A stretch of DNA of 64,000 nt from an uncultured Acidobacteriaceae bacterium. GTDB taxonomy: Bacteria; Acidobacteriota; Terriglobia; Terriglobales; Acidobacteriaceae. This document shows, piece by piece, positions 20,229-30,676 of the stretch. The position numbers and the translations under genes are program-made. The stretch is taken from the NCBI GenBank assembly GCA_963786405.1, contig CAWAZE010000020.1, positions 8,089-72,088 of the forward strand, read 5' to 3'. The notes beneath the pieces were generated by a model that did no database searches, was not told the DNA's origin, and worked only from the letters and a program-made list of their open reading frames with translations. The first letter of the stretch is position 1; each line of letters begins with the position of its first letter.

Positions 20229-20388
20229 GAATCTGCTTGACAACGTCATGCGCCTGGGCTTTCTTTATCTCGATTCAACAATGACGTCTGCTCCGCGCGT
20301 CTGCGGCCCCCGGTTCCAATCGATCGGGCCTGCTCGCTCGGAGCGGAGATAAACTCGGGTCCTGACGCGAGTCTCGAAAGGAGCAAGG

Positions 20389-20742
20389 ATGCCCGCATCC
20401 GCACAGTCTGGTATATCTGACAACGCCGCCGGAGCCATCGCCTACATTACGTTCATTCCGGCCATAGTCTTCCTTATGATTCCGCCGTACAACGCGAGCC
20501 CCTACGTCCGCTTCCACTCCTGGCAGTCAATCTTTCTCTGCGTTGCGGCATTCCTCGTGAACATCGTCCTTGACATGCTCATGCTGCTGACCCTGTTCCT
20601 CGCGCCCTTTGCCTGGCTGGCAAAAATCGTCATGGTTCTCTGGATGGTCCTGTGGCTCGTCTGCGTCATTCAAGCGCTTAACGGCAAGCGTTACAAGCTC
20701 CCCTTCCTCGGCGACATCGCCGAAAAGCTCTCCGCCCGATAA
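20389..20742 (+). CDS. DUF4870-like small membrane protein
   Basis: N.AGAIAY.TFIPAI.FL...Y....YVRFHSWQS...GKRYKLP..G; three TM segments; AAGGAG RBS. Confidence 0.8.
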   Translation: MPASAQSGISDNAAGAIAYITFIPAIVFLMIPPYNASPYVRFHSWQSIFLCVAAFLVNIVLDMLMLLTLFLAPFAWLAKIVMVLWMVLWLVCVIQALNGKRYKLPFLGDIAEKLSAR

Positions 20743-20811
20743 TCAACCTGTGCGCCCTATCCTGTCCCTTGATGGATATCCGCGGCAAGGATGGGATTCC
20801 ACGACCCGACT

Positions 20812-20838
20812 CTGACCCTGACCCCTGACCACTGATCA
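20812..20838. repeat. short 6-7-mer tandem repeat (CTGACCC/CTGACCA/CTGATCA); related arrays near 23915-23950 and 25399-25421
   Basis: Read directly; all three arrays sit at gene 3' ends. Confidence 0.65.
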
Positions 20839-23602
20839 CCGTCTCTTCCGCTTCTTCACAAACCGCTTCTTCCCGTGAGCGCCCGCAGCCTTGGCATCCC
20901 TGCGCTTCTCCTTCCTGGGCTTCGCGCTTCCCCCCGCCTTCTTCCCCGTCAGCGGAATCCCCTCTTCCACAATCGAAAACTGCAGCCTTCTCTCCTGCGC
21001 AAGAATCCTGTCCAGAATCACCTGCACGCGATCGCCCGCGCGAAACTTCCGCCCCCACCGCTCCCCCACAATCTCGTGCGTGTTCTCGCGCCACGTATAG
21101 CGGTCGTCGCGCAGCGTGTCGATCGGCACCAGCCCCTCCACAAACAGGTCCGTCAACTCCACAAAGAGCCCATACTTCGTGGGATTCAGCACCAGCGCGG
21201 CAAACTCCTCGCCCACGCGATCCTGCATGAACCGCACCTTCTTCCACTCCACCAGCTCGCGCTCTGCCTCCGCAGCCCTCCGCTCCGCCTGGCTCGACTC
21301 CTCAGCAATCTGCGCCAGCTCCCCCTCAGCAATCGGCGCTTCTACTCTTCTTGACTTGTCATCCTGAGCGGAGGCGCGCAGCGCCGCAGTCGAAGGACCT
21401 GCATTTCCACTTCAGCGGGAACGGAGCAACGAATCTGGGTGCCCCAGGTCTCGCATTTGGAGACCTGGGAAACCACGAACCCAAGTCCCCCCTCATGCGG
21501 ATGCCTCCACGGCGAGCTGTGCCGTCCCTCCGCAACCACACCTCGCCCCTTCACGCCCTCCTGCAGCAAAGCCTTCGTGATCCGATGCACAATCAGATCC
21601 GGATACCTTCTGATCGGCGAAGTGAAGTGCGTATACGTCGGCGCAGCCAGCGCAAAATGCCCCTCGTTGATCTCCGAGTAGCGCGCCTGCTTCAGCGATC
21701 GCAGCATCAGGTAGCTCAGAATCCGCTCCTCCGGCTTGCCCTCGATCCGCGCCGCCAGCTTCTGATACATCTTCGGCGTCACCGCGATATCTTCCGGCAC
21801 CTCATGCGTCCGCGCGGCCCGCCCGCGTCCGTTGCGCCTCGCGGCGATCCCCGCGCGTCTGAATCTTCTTCACCGGCAGCGCCCCCAGCCCCAGCGAATA
21901 CCCAAAACTCGCCGCCAGCTCTTCAAACTGCACCACGCGCCTCGCCTCCGGCTTCTCGTGAATGCGATACAGCGACGGCACCCCCAGGTCCTCCAGCCAC
22001 GTCGCAACGCACTCGTTCGCCGCCAGCATGAACTCCTCAATCAGCCGGTTCGCCCACGTGCGCTCGGCCTTCGTCACGCCGCGCATCTGCCCCTGCTCGT
22101 CAAACTCGATCACCGGCTCCGGCAGATCGAAATCGATGCTCCCGCGCTCCTCGCGCCGCTTGTTCATCAGCATGGCCAGCTTGTGCATCCGCTCGAAATC
22201 CGGGACCAGGCTCGCATACTTCGCCGCGCGTCTGCCGCATCGCCCGTCTCTCCGAAATGATCGCGTGCACATCGGTATACGTCATCCGTGCCGCCGAGCG
22301 AATCACGCCCTCTTCAATCTCGTAGCTCTCAATGCGCCCCTCCGCGCTCAGCTGCATCACGCAGCTCAGCACCAGCCGGTCCTCTCCGGGCCGCAAGCTG
22401 CAGATATCCGTCGAAAGCTCCTGCGGCAACATCGGAATCGCGCGATCCGGAAAATACACGCTCGTCCCGCGCAGCCTCGCCTCCAGATCGAGATCCGTTC
22501 CCGCGCCGCACATAATCCGCCACGTCCGCAATGTGCACCTGCAGTTCAAATCCGCCGTCGCCGCGCTCCGTCACCATCACCGCATCGTCAAAATCCCGCG
22601 CCGTCTCGCCATCAATCGTCACAATCGGCAACCCGCGAAAATCCCGTCGTGCGCCAATTCGGGTCCTTCAAGTGAAAGCTCAGATTTAAACAGCGTGTCA
22701 TCCTGAGCGACCGGAGTCAGCGCAGCGGACGAAGGGAGTCGAAGGATCTGCGGTTGCCTCTTCGCCTTATCCACCCGCGCAATCTCCCGCGCCTCCGCCA
22801 GCACCTTCTCCGGAAACACCCTCGGCAACTGGTGCTTCCGGATCATCATCTCCACATCCACGCCGAAATCATCCGGATCGCCCAGCACCTCGATCACGCG
22901 CCCCACCGGCGGCCGCGTCGGCGTAGGCCAGCTCGTAATCTCCACATCCACCACCAGCCCCTCGAGACTCTCGTGTGGATGCGGCGCGGCCTCGCCCCAA
23001 GCACCCGATGCGGAGTTGTCACCTCAGTCGGCAGCTGGCAACTCCTGCCCATCCGGAATCAGAATGTGCTGCGTCATCCGCTCGTCAAACGGAACAACCT
23101 TGTGCCCCACCTCGCGCCCCGACCTTGCGTAGTGAAAGATCCCCACCACCGTCGGATTCCGCCGCTCCAGCACCCGCGCAATCCGCCCCAGCCGCCGCCC
23201 ATCCGCGCGCGGAGGAGCCAGCTCCACCAGCACCTGGTCGCCCTGCATCGCACCGTTGATCTCGTCCGGCGGAATAAAGACGTCATCCACTTGCCCCGAC
23301 GCCTGCCGCGCATTCGGCCGTACAAATCCATAGCCGTCGCGATGCAGATCCAGCCTGCCCGCCATCAGGTTGTCGCGTGAATCGCCGCGCCTTCCGCCCG
23401 CGCCGCCCGGCGCTTTGGGAATGCTCCAGTGCTCCCGATCCAGTTTCATCAGGTCGCCGCGCGCCGTCATCCGCGCCAGCTGCTCCAGCAGCAGTCGCCG
23501 CTCGCGCCCGCCGCCCAGCCCCAGCTCGCGCACCAGCTGCTTGTAACCCGCCTTGCCCCCCGCCGCCCGCGCAATCAGCCCCAGCAATTCCCGATCCGTC
23601 AT
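20836..23602 (-). CDS. rnr: ribonuclease R (several apparent indels; contains palindromic repeat insertions)
   Basis: HRDGYGFV cold-shock domain, [58 protein letters not shown]1 domain and basic tail, spread over ORFs 23024-23620, 22619-22954, 22329-22631, 22100-22549, 21802-22272, 21342-21800 and 20836-21252. Confidence 0.9.
21357..21407. repeat. REP-like palindromic element family A, inside rnr
   Basis: GTCATCCTGAGCG...AGTCGAAGGACCTGCATTTC; related copies at 22696, 23757 and 48930. Confidence 0.85.
21435..21477. repeat. REP-like palindromic element family B, inside rnr
   Basis: CTGGGTGC-CCCAGGTCTC-GCATTTG-GAGACCTGGG-AAACCACG; related copies near 20748, 27963, 43706, 48131, 48302 and 49015. 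Confidence 0.8.
22696..22756. repeat. REP-like palindromic element family A, inside rnr
   Basis: TGTCATCCTGAGCGACCGGAG...GGGAGTCGAAGGATCTGCGGTT. Confidence 0.85.
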
Positions 23603-23756
23603 ACCTCCAGAGTAGGACAAACTGTCCCGAACAGTCCCGGAACCATGTCATCCCACGCCACCCAGCCAAGGAAGTGAAGTCCGGAAGTCCGCCCCGAGCG
23701 CCTCTACCTTGATACCGTGGTCATCCCGGACAACCTGACCAGGACCAAGCACCGAG

Positions 23757-23816
23757 GTCATCCCGAGCGACCGGAGTCCGCCGCGCGGACGGAGGAAGTC
23801 GAGGGACCTGCATTTC
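23757..23816. repeat. REP-like palindromic element family A, intergenic
   Basis: GTCATCCCGAGCGACCGGAG...AGTCGAGGGACCTGCATTTC. Confidence 0.85.
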
Positions 23817-23950
23817 ACTCCGTGCAAGTAACCCACTCCCCCACAATTCGGGTGAATATGGGGAGGGGGTACCCCTGAGGAATGTACAGATGTCTTTGTC
23901 GCAGGCCGGGACCCCTGATCACTGATCCCTGGCCACTAACCACTGACCAA

Positions 23951-25143
23951 TCACTGCGAAACCAGCACGCCCTTCGCCAGCATCTGCTTGATCCCGCGAA
24001 TCGCCTGCCGCGTCCGCTCCTCGTTCTCAATCAGCGAGAACCGCACGTGCCCGTCGCCGTAATCGCCAAACCCGATCCCCGGAGACACCGCCACCTTGGC
24101 CTCGGTCAGCAGCAGCTTTGAAAACTCCAGCGACCCCAGCTTCCGGTATTGCTCGGGAATCTGCGCCCACACAAACATCGTCGCCTTCGGCGACGCCACC
24201 GGCCAGCCCGCCTGGTTCAGCCCTTCGATGAGCACGTCGCGCCGCTTGCGATAGTTTTCGCGAATCTCCGCCACACACTCCTGCGGCCCTTCCAGCGCCA
24301 GAATCGACGCCACCTGGATCGGCGTAAACGTCCCGTAGTCGAAGTAGCTCTTCAGCCGCGCCAGCGCATTCACCAGCACCGGATTGCCCACCATGAAGCC
24401 CACGCGCCACCCCGGCATGTTGTAGCTCTTCGACAGCGTGAAGAACTCCACCGCCACATCTTTCGCGCCCGGCACCTGCAGCACGCTCGGCGGCTTGTAC
24501 CCGTCGAATCCGAGATCGGCATAGGCCAGATCGTGAATCAGATGAAATCCATACTCGCCGCGCCAGCTCGACCAGCCGCGCCAGAAACGGCAGCTCCACA
24601 GTCTGCGTCGTCGGATTCGACGGGAAATTGACGATCAGCGCCTTGGGCCGCGGCGTCATGCGCGGAATCAGCTCCTCAAGCTGCGCCAGAAACTGGTCGC
24701 AGTCGTGCACCGGAACGCTCACCACGTGCGCCCCCGCGATCACCGGCCCGTAGATGTGAATCGGATAGCTCGGATTCGGCACCAGCACCGTGTCGCGCGA
24801 GTCGAGAATCGCCAGGCACAGATGCGCAATGCCCTCCTTCGACCCGATGGTCACAATCGCCTCGCTGTTCGGGATCGAGATCGACGTCGTAGCGCGTCTT
24901 GTACCAGTTGCAGATCGCCTTGCGCAGCCGCGGAATCCCCTTCGACACCGAGTAGCGGTGCGTGACCGGCTTCAGCGCCGCCTCGATCATCTTGTCGACG
25001 ATGTGCTTGGGCGTGGCCCCATCGGGATTGCCCATGCCGAAGTCGATGATGTCCTCGCCGCGTCGCCGCGCGTTGACCTTCATCTCGCCGGTGATGTTGA
25101 AGACGTAAGGCGGCAGGCGCTGGATACGGCTGAATTCTTCCAT
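23951..25143 (-). CDS. alaC: glutamate-pyruvate (alanine) aminotransferase AlaC-like (two apparent indels)
   Basis: [90 protein letters not shown]; closely resembles E. coli AlaC (YfdZ) as I recall it. Confidence 0.88.
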
Positions 25144-25261
25144 AATGACTCCAGTGTAAGACCGATGAACAGTGCGCAGTGGACAGTGATCACGCAGGCC
25201 CATGACCGAGGGACCTGAAGTGGAACTAGCTGCCGGGAATCTGGATGAGGTGGTGCGGAGT

Positions 25262-25351
25262 CTAGGCGGCCGAAGCCGCCGCAGCACGGGCCGCGCGTGC
25301 GCTGAGGACGCGCGCGATGAAAATAACGCGATGGCGGTTGCGCTGCTGCAT
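25262..25351 (-). CDS. putative Ala-rich leader peptide of alaC (29 aa)
   Basis: [29 protein letters not shown]; TATAAT 7 nt upstream of the ATG; stop 118 nt before alaC. Confidence 0.65.
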   Translation of the reverse strand: MQQRNRHRVIFIARVLSARAARAAAASAA

Positions 25352-25358
25352 GAAGTCG

Positions 25359-25364
25359 ATTATA
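25359..25364 (-). promoter_or_regulatory. consensus -10 box (TATAAT) for leader/alaC transcript
   Basis: Minus strand cacgcTATAATcgacttcATG. Confidence 0.65.
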
Positions 25365-25420
25365 GCGTGACCTCCGGAGCAGCGGTGACGAGAGAGGACC
25401 TGATCCCTGATCCCTGTTCC

Positions 25421-26440
25421 CTACGTCTTAATCACCGCCCTGAACCGCGCCTTCCCGCTCATCATCCGCTCGTAGGCGTCCGCAGCTTTCTCCAGCGGAA
25501 ACACCTCAATCATCGGTTTCACGCCAGTCAGCGCGCTGAAATTCAGCGTGTCTTCGCAGTCCATGCCGGTCCCCGACGGCCAGCCGACAATCGATCGCCG
25601 CCCAAGGATCATCGGCAGCGTATTCACGTCCAGCGGCTTTTCCGGCACGCCGACGATAATCAGCTTGCCATTGGGAGCGAGGCCGTTGACCGCGGCCGCA
25701 AGCGTCGCCGCATCAGTCACGGTGGAAAGAATCACGACCGCCCCGCCCAGTTTCTGCAACTCCGCCATGGCATCCTGCTTTGTGCTGTCGATGTAGACAT
25801 GCGCGCCCAGTTGCTTCGCCAGCGGAGCCTTGTCCTGTCCGCGCGCAATCGCAACCGTGCGATAGCCGCTCTTGGCCGCATACTGCACGCCCAGATGCCC
25901 CAGCCCTCCAATACCGAGAATCGCCACCGTATCGCCCGGTCGCGCTCCGCTGTTGCGCAGGGCGTTGTAGGTGGTAATTCCCGCGCAAAGCAACGGACCA
26001 GCCTCCTCATCCTTCAATTCATCGGGCATGAATGCCACTGCATTCGCAGGGGCAACCACATAGTCGGCATAGCCGCCGTCAAAGCTGATGCCAGGGATTT
26101 GTCCGTTTTCGCAGAGGATGAAATCGCCCCGCCGGCATGGAATGCAATAGTTGCAGTGCCCTCCGTGCCATCCCAGGCCAACGCGCTGGCCCGCCTTGAA
26201 CAAGTGCTCGCCATCGCCGACTGCATCGATGACACCCGCAATCTCATGCCCCGGAACACGCGGATACGCTATCCCGGGAAAGAGACCAAGCTTGGTGATC
26301 GAATCGCTATGGCACACGCCACACGCCTGCACGCGGATGCGCACCTGTCCGGGCCCGGGATCTGGAAACTGCTTTTGAACCAGTTCGAAGGCTCCTCCCG
26401 CAGCGGTGACCTGTACCGCCCGGCCAGTGACTGTAGACAT
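25421..26440 (-). CDS. zinc-dependent alcohol dehydrogenase
   Basis: CGVCHSD, PGHEIAG, CNYCIPCRRG..ILC, LLCAGITTY, GIGGLGHLG. Confidence 0.93.
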   Translation of the reverse strand: MSTVTGRAVQVTAAGGAFELVQKQFPDPGPGQVRIRVQACGVCHSDSITKLGLFPGIAYPRVPGHEIAGVIDAVGDGEHLFKAGQRVGLGWHGGHCNYCIPCRRGDFILCENGQIPGISFDGGYADYVVAPANAVAFMPDELKDEEAGPLLCAGITTYNALRNSGARPGDTVAILGIGGLGHLGVQYAAKSGYRTVAIARGQDKAPLAKQLGAHVYIDSTKQDAMAELQKLGGAVVILSTVTDAATLAAAVNGLAPNGKLIIVGVPEKPLDVNTLPMILGRRSIVGWPSGTGMDCEDTLNFSALTGVKPMIEVFPLEKAADAYERMMSGKARFRAVIKT

Positions 26441-26574
26441 AGGGCACACCTCTCCTGCGAGCTTGGATGAGGGCTGAGGCCGAAGGATGCGCGCCGTTCT
26501 GTGAATAACCGTCGCGCCGATGAATGAATGACCGCTCCGGTCAGCAGGCACGCGACTTTATACTGAACTACGGC

Positions 26575-27847
26575 ATGAGTACGTTCCTACCTGTTGACGA
26601 GCAGACTCGACCTGCTGCAGAAGGGCGCGGCAGAAATCATCCGCGTCTCCGACCTCCGCGAGCGCCTCGAAGAGAGCCGCAAGACTGGTCGCCCGCTGCG
26701 CGTAAAGGCCGGCTTCGACCCCACCGCGCCCGACCTGCATCTCGGCCACACCGTGCTCATGCGCAAGCTGCGCCACTTCCAGCAGCTGGGCCACACCGTC
26801 ATCTTTCTCGTCGGCGACTTCACATCGCTCATCGGCGATCCCACCGGCCGCAACGTTACCCGCAAGCCGCTGACCCGCGAGCAGATCGACGCAAACGCCG
26901 AGACCTACAAGCAGCAGGTCTTCAAGATTCTCGACGAAAAAGCGACCGAGGTCCGCTACAACTCTGAGTGGCTGAGCAAGCTGGGCTATGAAGGCACCAT
27001 CCGCCTCACAGCCCACTTCACCGTGTCGCAGATGCTCGAGCGCGACGAATTCAACAAGCGCTTCCAGGCCGAGCAGCCCATCAGCCTCCACGAACTGCTC
27101 TACCCCGTAATGCAGGGATACGACTCCGTCGCTCTCGAATGCGACGTCGAGCTCGGCGGCACCGACCAGAAATTCAATCTCCTGTGCGGCCGCGAGCTGC
27201 AGCGCCACTACGGCCAGAAGCCGCAGATCGTCCTCATGACGCCGATCCTCGAAGGCCTCGACGGCGTGCAGAAGATGTCCAAGTCTCTCGGCAACGCCAT
27301 CGGCATCAACGAGCCGCCCGCGGAGATGTACGGCAAGCTCATGTCCATCTCCGACGACCTGATGTGGAAGTACTGGGTCTTCCTCACCGACCTGAAACAG
27401 TCGGAAGTCGACGCCCTCCAGGCCGCAGCCGCCTCCGGCGCGCAGCATCCCATGGAGATCAAGAAGCGACTCGCCCGCACCATCACCGCCGGCTTCCACG
27501 GCGAAGCCGCCGCGCAGCACGCCGACGAAAACTGGGCCCGCATGTTCCAGCAGAAAGAAGCAGTCGAGGACCTCGAAGAAGTTCACATCGCCTATGCCGA
27601 CCTCGTGACTCCGTCGTGCCCGCCCGGCGAGTTGCAGATCCGCCTGCCAAAGCTGCTCATCCAGGCCGGCCTCGCCTCCAGCGGCGCAGAAGCCAACCGC
27701 AAGATCGCCGAAAAGGCCGTGAAGATCGACGGCGAAGCCGTCAGCAACGCGTCAGTCGTGCTCGACACGCTGCCCGCCCGCCTCACCGTCCGCCTCGGCA
27801 AGCGCGCCAAGATCGCCGTCATCGGCGGCGTCGGCGAAGGGGTCTAG
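26575..27847 (+). CDS. tyrS: tyrosine--tRNA ligase (apparent extra base near 26605)
   Basis: [33 protein letters not shown]-terminal S4-like domain; start [10 protein letters not shown] lies in the adjacent frame. Confidence 0.95.
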
Positions 27848-27870
27848 AAGCCATCTCATAAATCTGCTTT

Positions 27871-28000
27871 GAAGGGCACGGCTTTTGAGCCTGCCCTGAG
27901 CTTGCCGAAGGGTGCCGTCAAAACCGCATAAACCAAGGGGCTTTAGCACCTGGGTTAGTTTCGGTGTCCCGCCCTTGACCGCGTCAAGGATGGGCCACGA
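27871..28000. repeat. composite palindromic repeat cluster (family C with nested insert, then family B-like)
   Basis: AGGGCACGGCTTT...GTGCCG...AAACCGCAT...GGGGCTTTAGC.CC, also at 48232-48293. Confidence 0.7.
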
Positions 28001-28008
28001 GAGTCCGC

Positions 28009-28503
28009 TCAAGCCCGCTGATCCGCCTCGATATCCGGCTCGGTCCAGAGAAGAATCGCCTGCGGCAGGGTGATATAGAGGAAGAATGTCGCCCAGAGCA
28101 GGAGATGCGGCAGTTGCACGAGAAACGCGCGCAACGCGAGAGGCAAGAGCGGGGTGATCGGATTGGGTCCCCGGAAAGAGCCCGCGAAGAGTGCTCCAAT
28201 GAGACCGTAGCCGACAAAGTAGTAGGCCAAATAGTGCGCGTGGTCGCGGCGATACATCTCGCGTTCGTCGCCGCGAGTGCGCATGTCGCCAGCGATCCAT
28301 GTGAAGATCATCCAAAGACCTACGAAGAGAATGCCGCACCCGGCGGTGATCCACGCACCGGTGGTCTCTTTTCCGATGAGGTGAGAAATCGCCAGATCAA
28401 ACACGGCCAGCACCGTGTAAAAAAGCGCGACAAACCAGCGGCGGCGCGCTTGCGAAGCGAAACGGATGCGAATGTTTCCTACTACGTAGTCGGTTTCCAT
28501 CAT
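28009..28503 (-). CDS. hypothetical membrane protein
   Basis: Four hydrophobic segments, GDERE...RD.AH motif, LPQAILLWTEPD end; overlaps the stop of the upstream regulator (ATGA). Confidence 0.7.
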   Translation of the reverse strand: MMETDYVVGNIRIRFASQARRRWFVALFYTVLAVFDLAISHLIGKETTGAWITAGCGILFVGLWMIFTWIAGDMRTRGDEREMYRRDHAHYLAYYFVGYGLIGALFAGSFRGPNPITPLLPLALRAFLVQLPHLLLWATFFLYITLPQAILLWTEPDIEADQRA

Positions 28504-28796
28504 TTCTCCTTTGCCGCGGGTAGGCTCGCACCATAAACCTGCTCGCTTAATGGCTTGAATGGCACCGTCGAAAAAACAGCTTCGACGGGCAAGCCGAAAT
28601 AGGCAGCGATTTGAAAGGCCAGCTTCAGACTCGGCCCGTACTCGCCGCGCTCCAAAAATCCGATCGTCTGATAGTTCACTCCCACGGCGCCTGCCAGGTC
28701 CTGGCGGCTGACGCGACGCTCGGCCCGCAGCACAGCAATGCGGTTGTAGAGTCCGCTTTCGCCGGGATTCCCACCTTTGGATCTGTTTTCCTGCAC
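28500..28796 (-). CDS. XRE-family HTH transcriptional regulator
   Basis: NRIAVLRAERRVSRQDLAGAVGVNYQTIGFLERGEYGPSLKLAFQIA. Confidence 0.9.
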   Translation of the reverse strand: MQENRSKGGNPGESGLYNRIAVLRAERRVSRQDLAGAVGVNYQTIGFLERGEYGPSLKLAFQIAAYFGLPVEAVFSTVPFKPLSEQVYGASLPAAKEK

Positions 28797-28802
28797 GACA
28801 AT

Positions 28803-28831
28803 ATATTATGTTTACGCAATATTCTTGTCAA
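28803..28831 (-). promoter_or_regulatory. sigma70-type promoter of XRE regulator operon
   Basis: TTGACA-17 nt-TAATAT, 6 nt before the GTG start; an ATATT...AATAT inverted repeat overlaps it (possible auto-operator). Confidence 0.7.
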
Positions 28832-28922
28832 GATAGGAAACGTTTAAACCAACGTGCGCTCTTCGGCGGCATCGGCAAGCGCTTTCGGTTCGGCACAAAC
28901 TCTGGACTGTTTCCGTCAGGAT

Positions 28923-29210
28923 TTAAGCTTCAAAATCCAGCTCAACCGGATCGATCAACGGCGCCAGCCACTTGAGCAGCGCCTGGTGCATGGGGTGAGT
29001 TGTGTAGGCATCGGCCGCGGCCTTGTCCGTAAAGGTCATCAGCCCCGCAAAGGTGTATCCCTGCCCGCGCGGCGACACATTCGGCCCCACGTGCACATCG
29101 ATCAGCCCAAGAACGTGCTCGCGGAGAACCACAATGTCGTGAGCGGCCCGAGCCTTGTCGGCCTCCGTTGCCTGCGGCCTCCAGCGAAATCCAAAGATGT
29201 GAATGAACAC
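28923..29210 (-). CDS. Dabb family stress-responsive A/B barrel protein
   Basis: HIFGFRW...GPNVSPRGQGYT...F.D......Y..HP.H...DFE; GGAGG RBS. Confidence 0.82.
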   Translation of the reverse strand: MFIHIFGFRWRPQATEADKARAAHDIVVLREHVLGLIDVHVGPNVSPRGQGYTFAGLMTFTDKAAADAYTTHPMHQALLKWLAPLIDPVELDFEA

Positions 29211-29230
29211 CCGGACTTCCTCCTCCTCGC

Positions 29231-30668
29231 TCAATCCCCCAGCGCAAATGCCTTCCCGGCCGCCAGCAGCTTCGCCACCACTTCCTTCGACGTCGACTCG
29301 GTATAAATCCGCATCAGCGGCTCAGTCCCGCTGGCCCGAAACAGAATCCATGTCTCCGCCGCATTGGGCTTCGTCTTGGCCTCGGGATTGTCGAGGTAAA
29401 ACTTCACGCCGTCCAGCGTCTCCTGTCGCAGAATCGGCATTCCGGCAATCGCCGGATCGCCCGCCTTCAGCGCCCTCGCGCGTGCAATGGCGGCGTTCTT
29501 CACGTCATCCGGAATGTGCAGGTCGATGCGGCCATACTGATGCTCGCCGTACTCCGCCTGCAGGTCGGCCACGAGCTGGCCCAGCGTCTTCTTCTCTTCC
29601 GCCATCACGTTGGCCAGCAGCAGCGCATTGAGCAGCCCATCGCGCTCAGGCAGGTGCCGCTGAAATCCGATTCCGCCCGACTCCTCGCCGCCCATCACAA
29701 TCTCGCGCTCGAGCATGTAGTCGCAGACAAACTTGAATCCGATGCCATGTTCGATCAGTTCGCGCCCGTGTTTCGCGGCAATGCGATCGAGCATCTTCGT
29801 CGTATTGAAGGCGCGCGTGACCGCGCCGGGCCAGCCCTTGCGCCGCAACACCCAGCTCAGCAGCACTGAAAAAATCTTGTGCGGATCGACAAACTCGCCG
29901 TGCTCGTCGGTCGCGCCGATGCGGTCCGCGTCACCATCGGTGCACAACCCCGCATCGCACTTGTTCGCGACCACCGCCTCGCCCAGCGCGCGAATGTGCG
30001 GCTCGATCGGCTCCGGATTGATGCCCGGAAACAGCGGATCGACGTTGCCACGAATCTGCACATGGTCCACGCCGAGCCGCGTGAAAATATTCGAGAGAAT
30101 CGTCCCCCCCGCGCCATACATCGAATCGATCGCAAACTTCATCCCCGATTTCGCAATCAGGTCCAGGTCGGCGAAACTCTCAATCGCCTGGAGATACGGT
30201 GGCAGAAAATCCACTTCCTCAATCGTCGCCGCTTTCTCGACCTTGGGCACCGTCACGCCGAGATACGACTCGATCGCCGCGATGATCGACGGCTTGCCCG
30301 ATCCGCCGTACCACGCCTTGTACTTCACGCCGTTCCACTGCGCGGGATTGTGCGACGACGTAATCATGATGCCGCCCGCCGCGCCGCGCCCGCGCACGCC
30401 AAAGCTCAGCGCAGGAGTGGGCGTAATGTCGTTGGCAAGCGCGACAGGAATTCCGGTCGCTGCCACCACTTCCGCACACGCCCGAGCAAACGCCTTCGGA
30501 CTCGAAGCGCGTGTCGTAGCCGATGCACAAGCCCTTCGCAGGGTCTTCTTTGGCGTGAACGTACGCTGCGATTGCCTCTGCGGCGGTGCGCACGTTGGCA
30601 AACGTAAAGTCGTCGGCGATCACACCGCGCCAGCCGTCAGTTCCAAACTTGATTTGCGGATGGGGCAT
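29231..30668 (-). CDS. phosphoglucomutase/phosphomannomutase (apparent indel near 30497)
   Basis: [43 protein letters not shown]. Confidence 0.93.
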
Positions 30669-30676
30669 TCTTTTTC

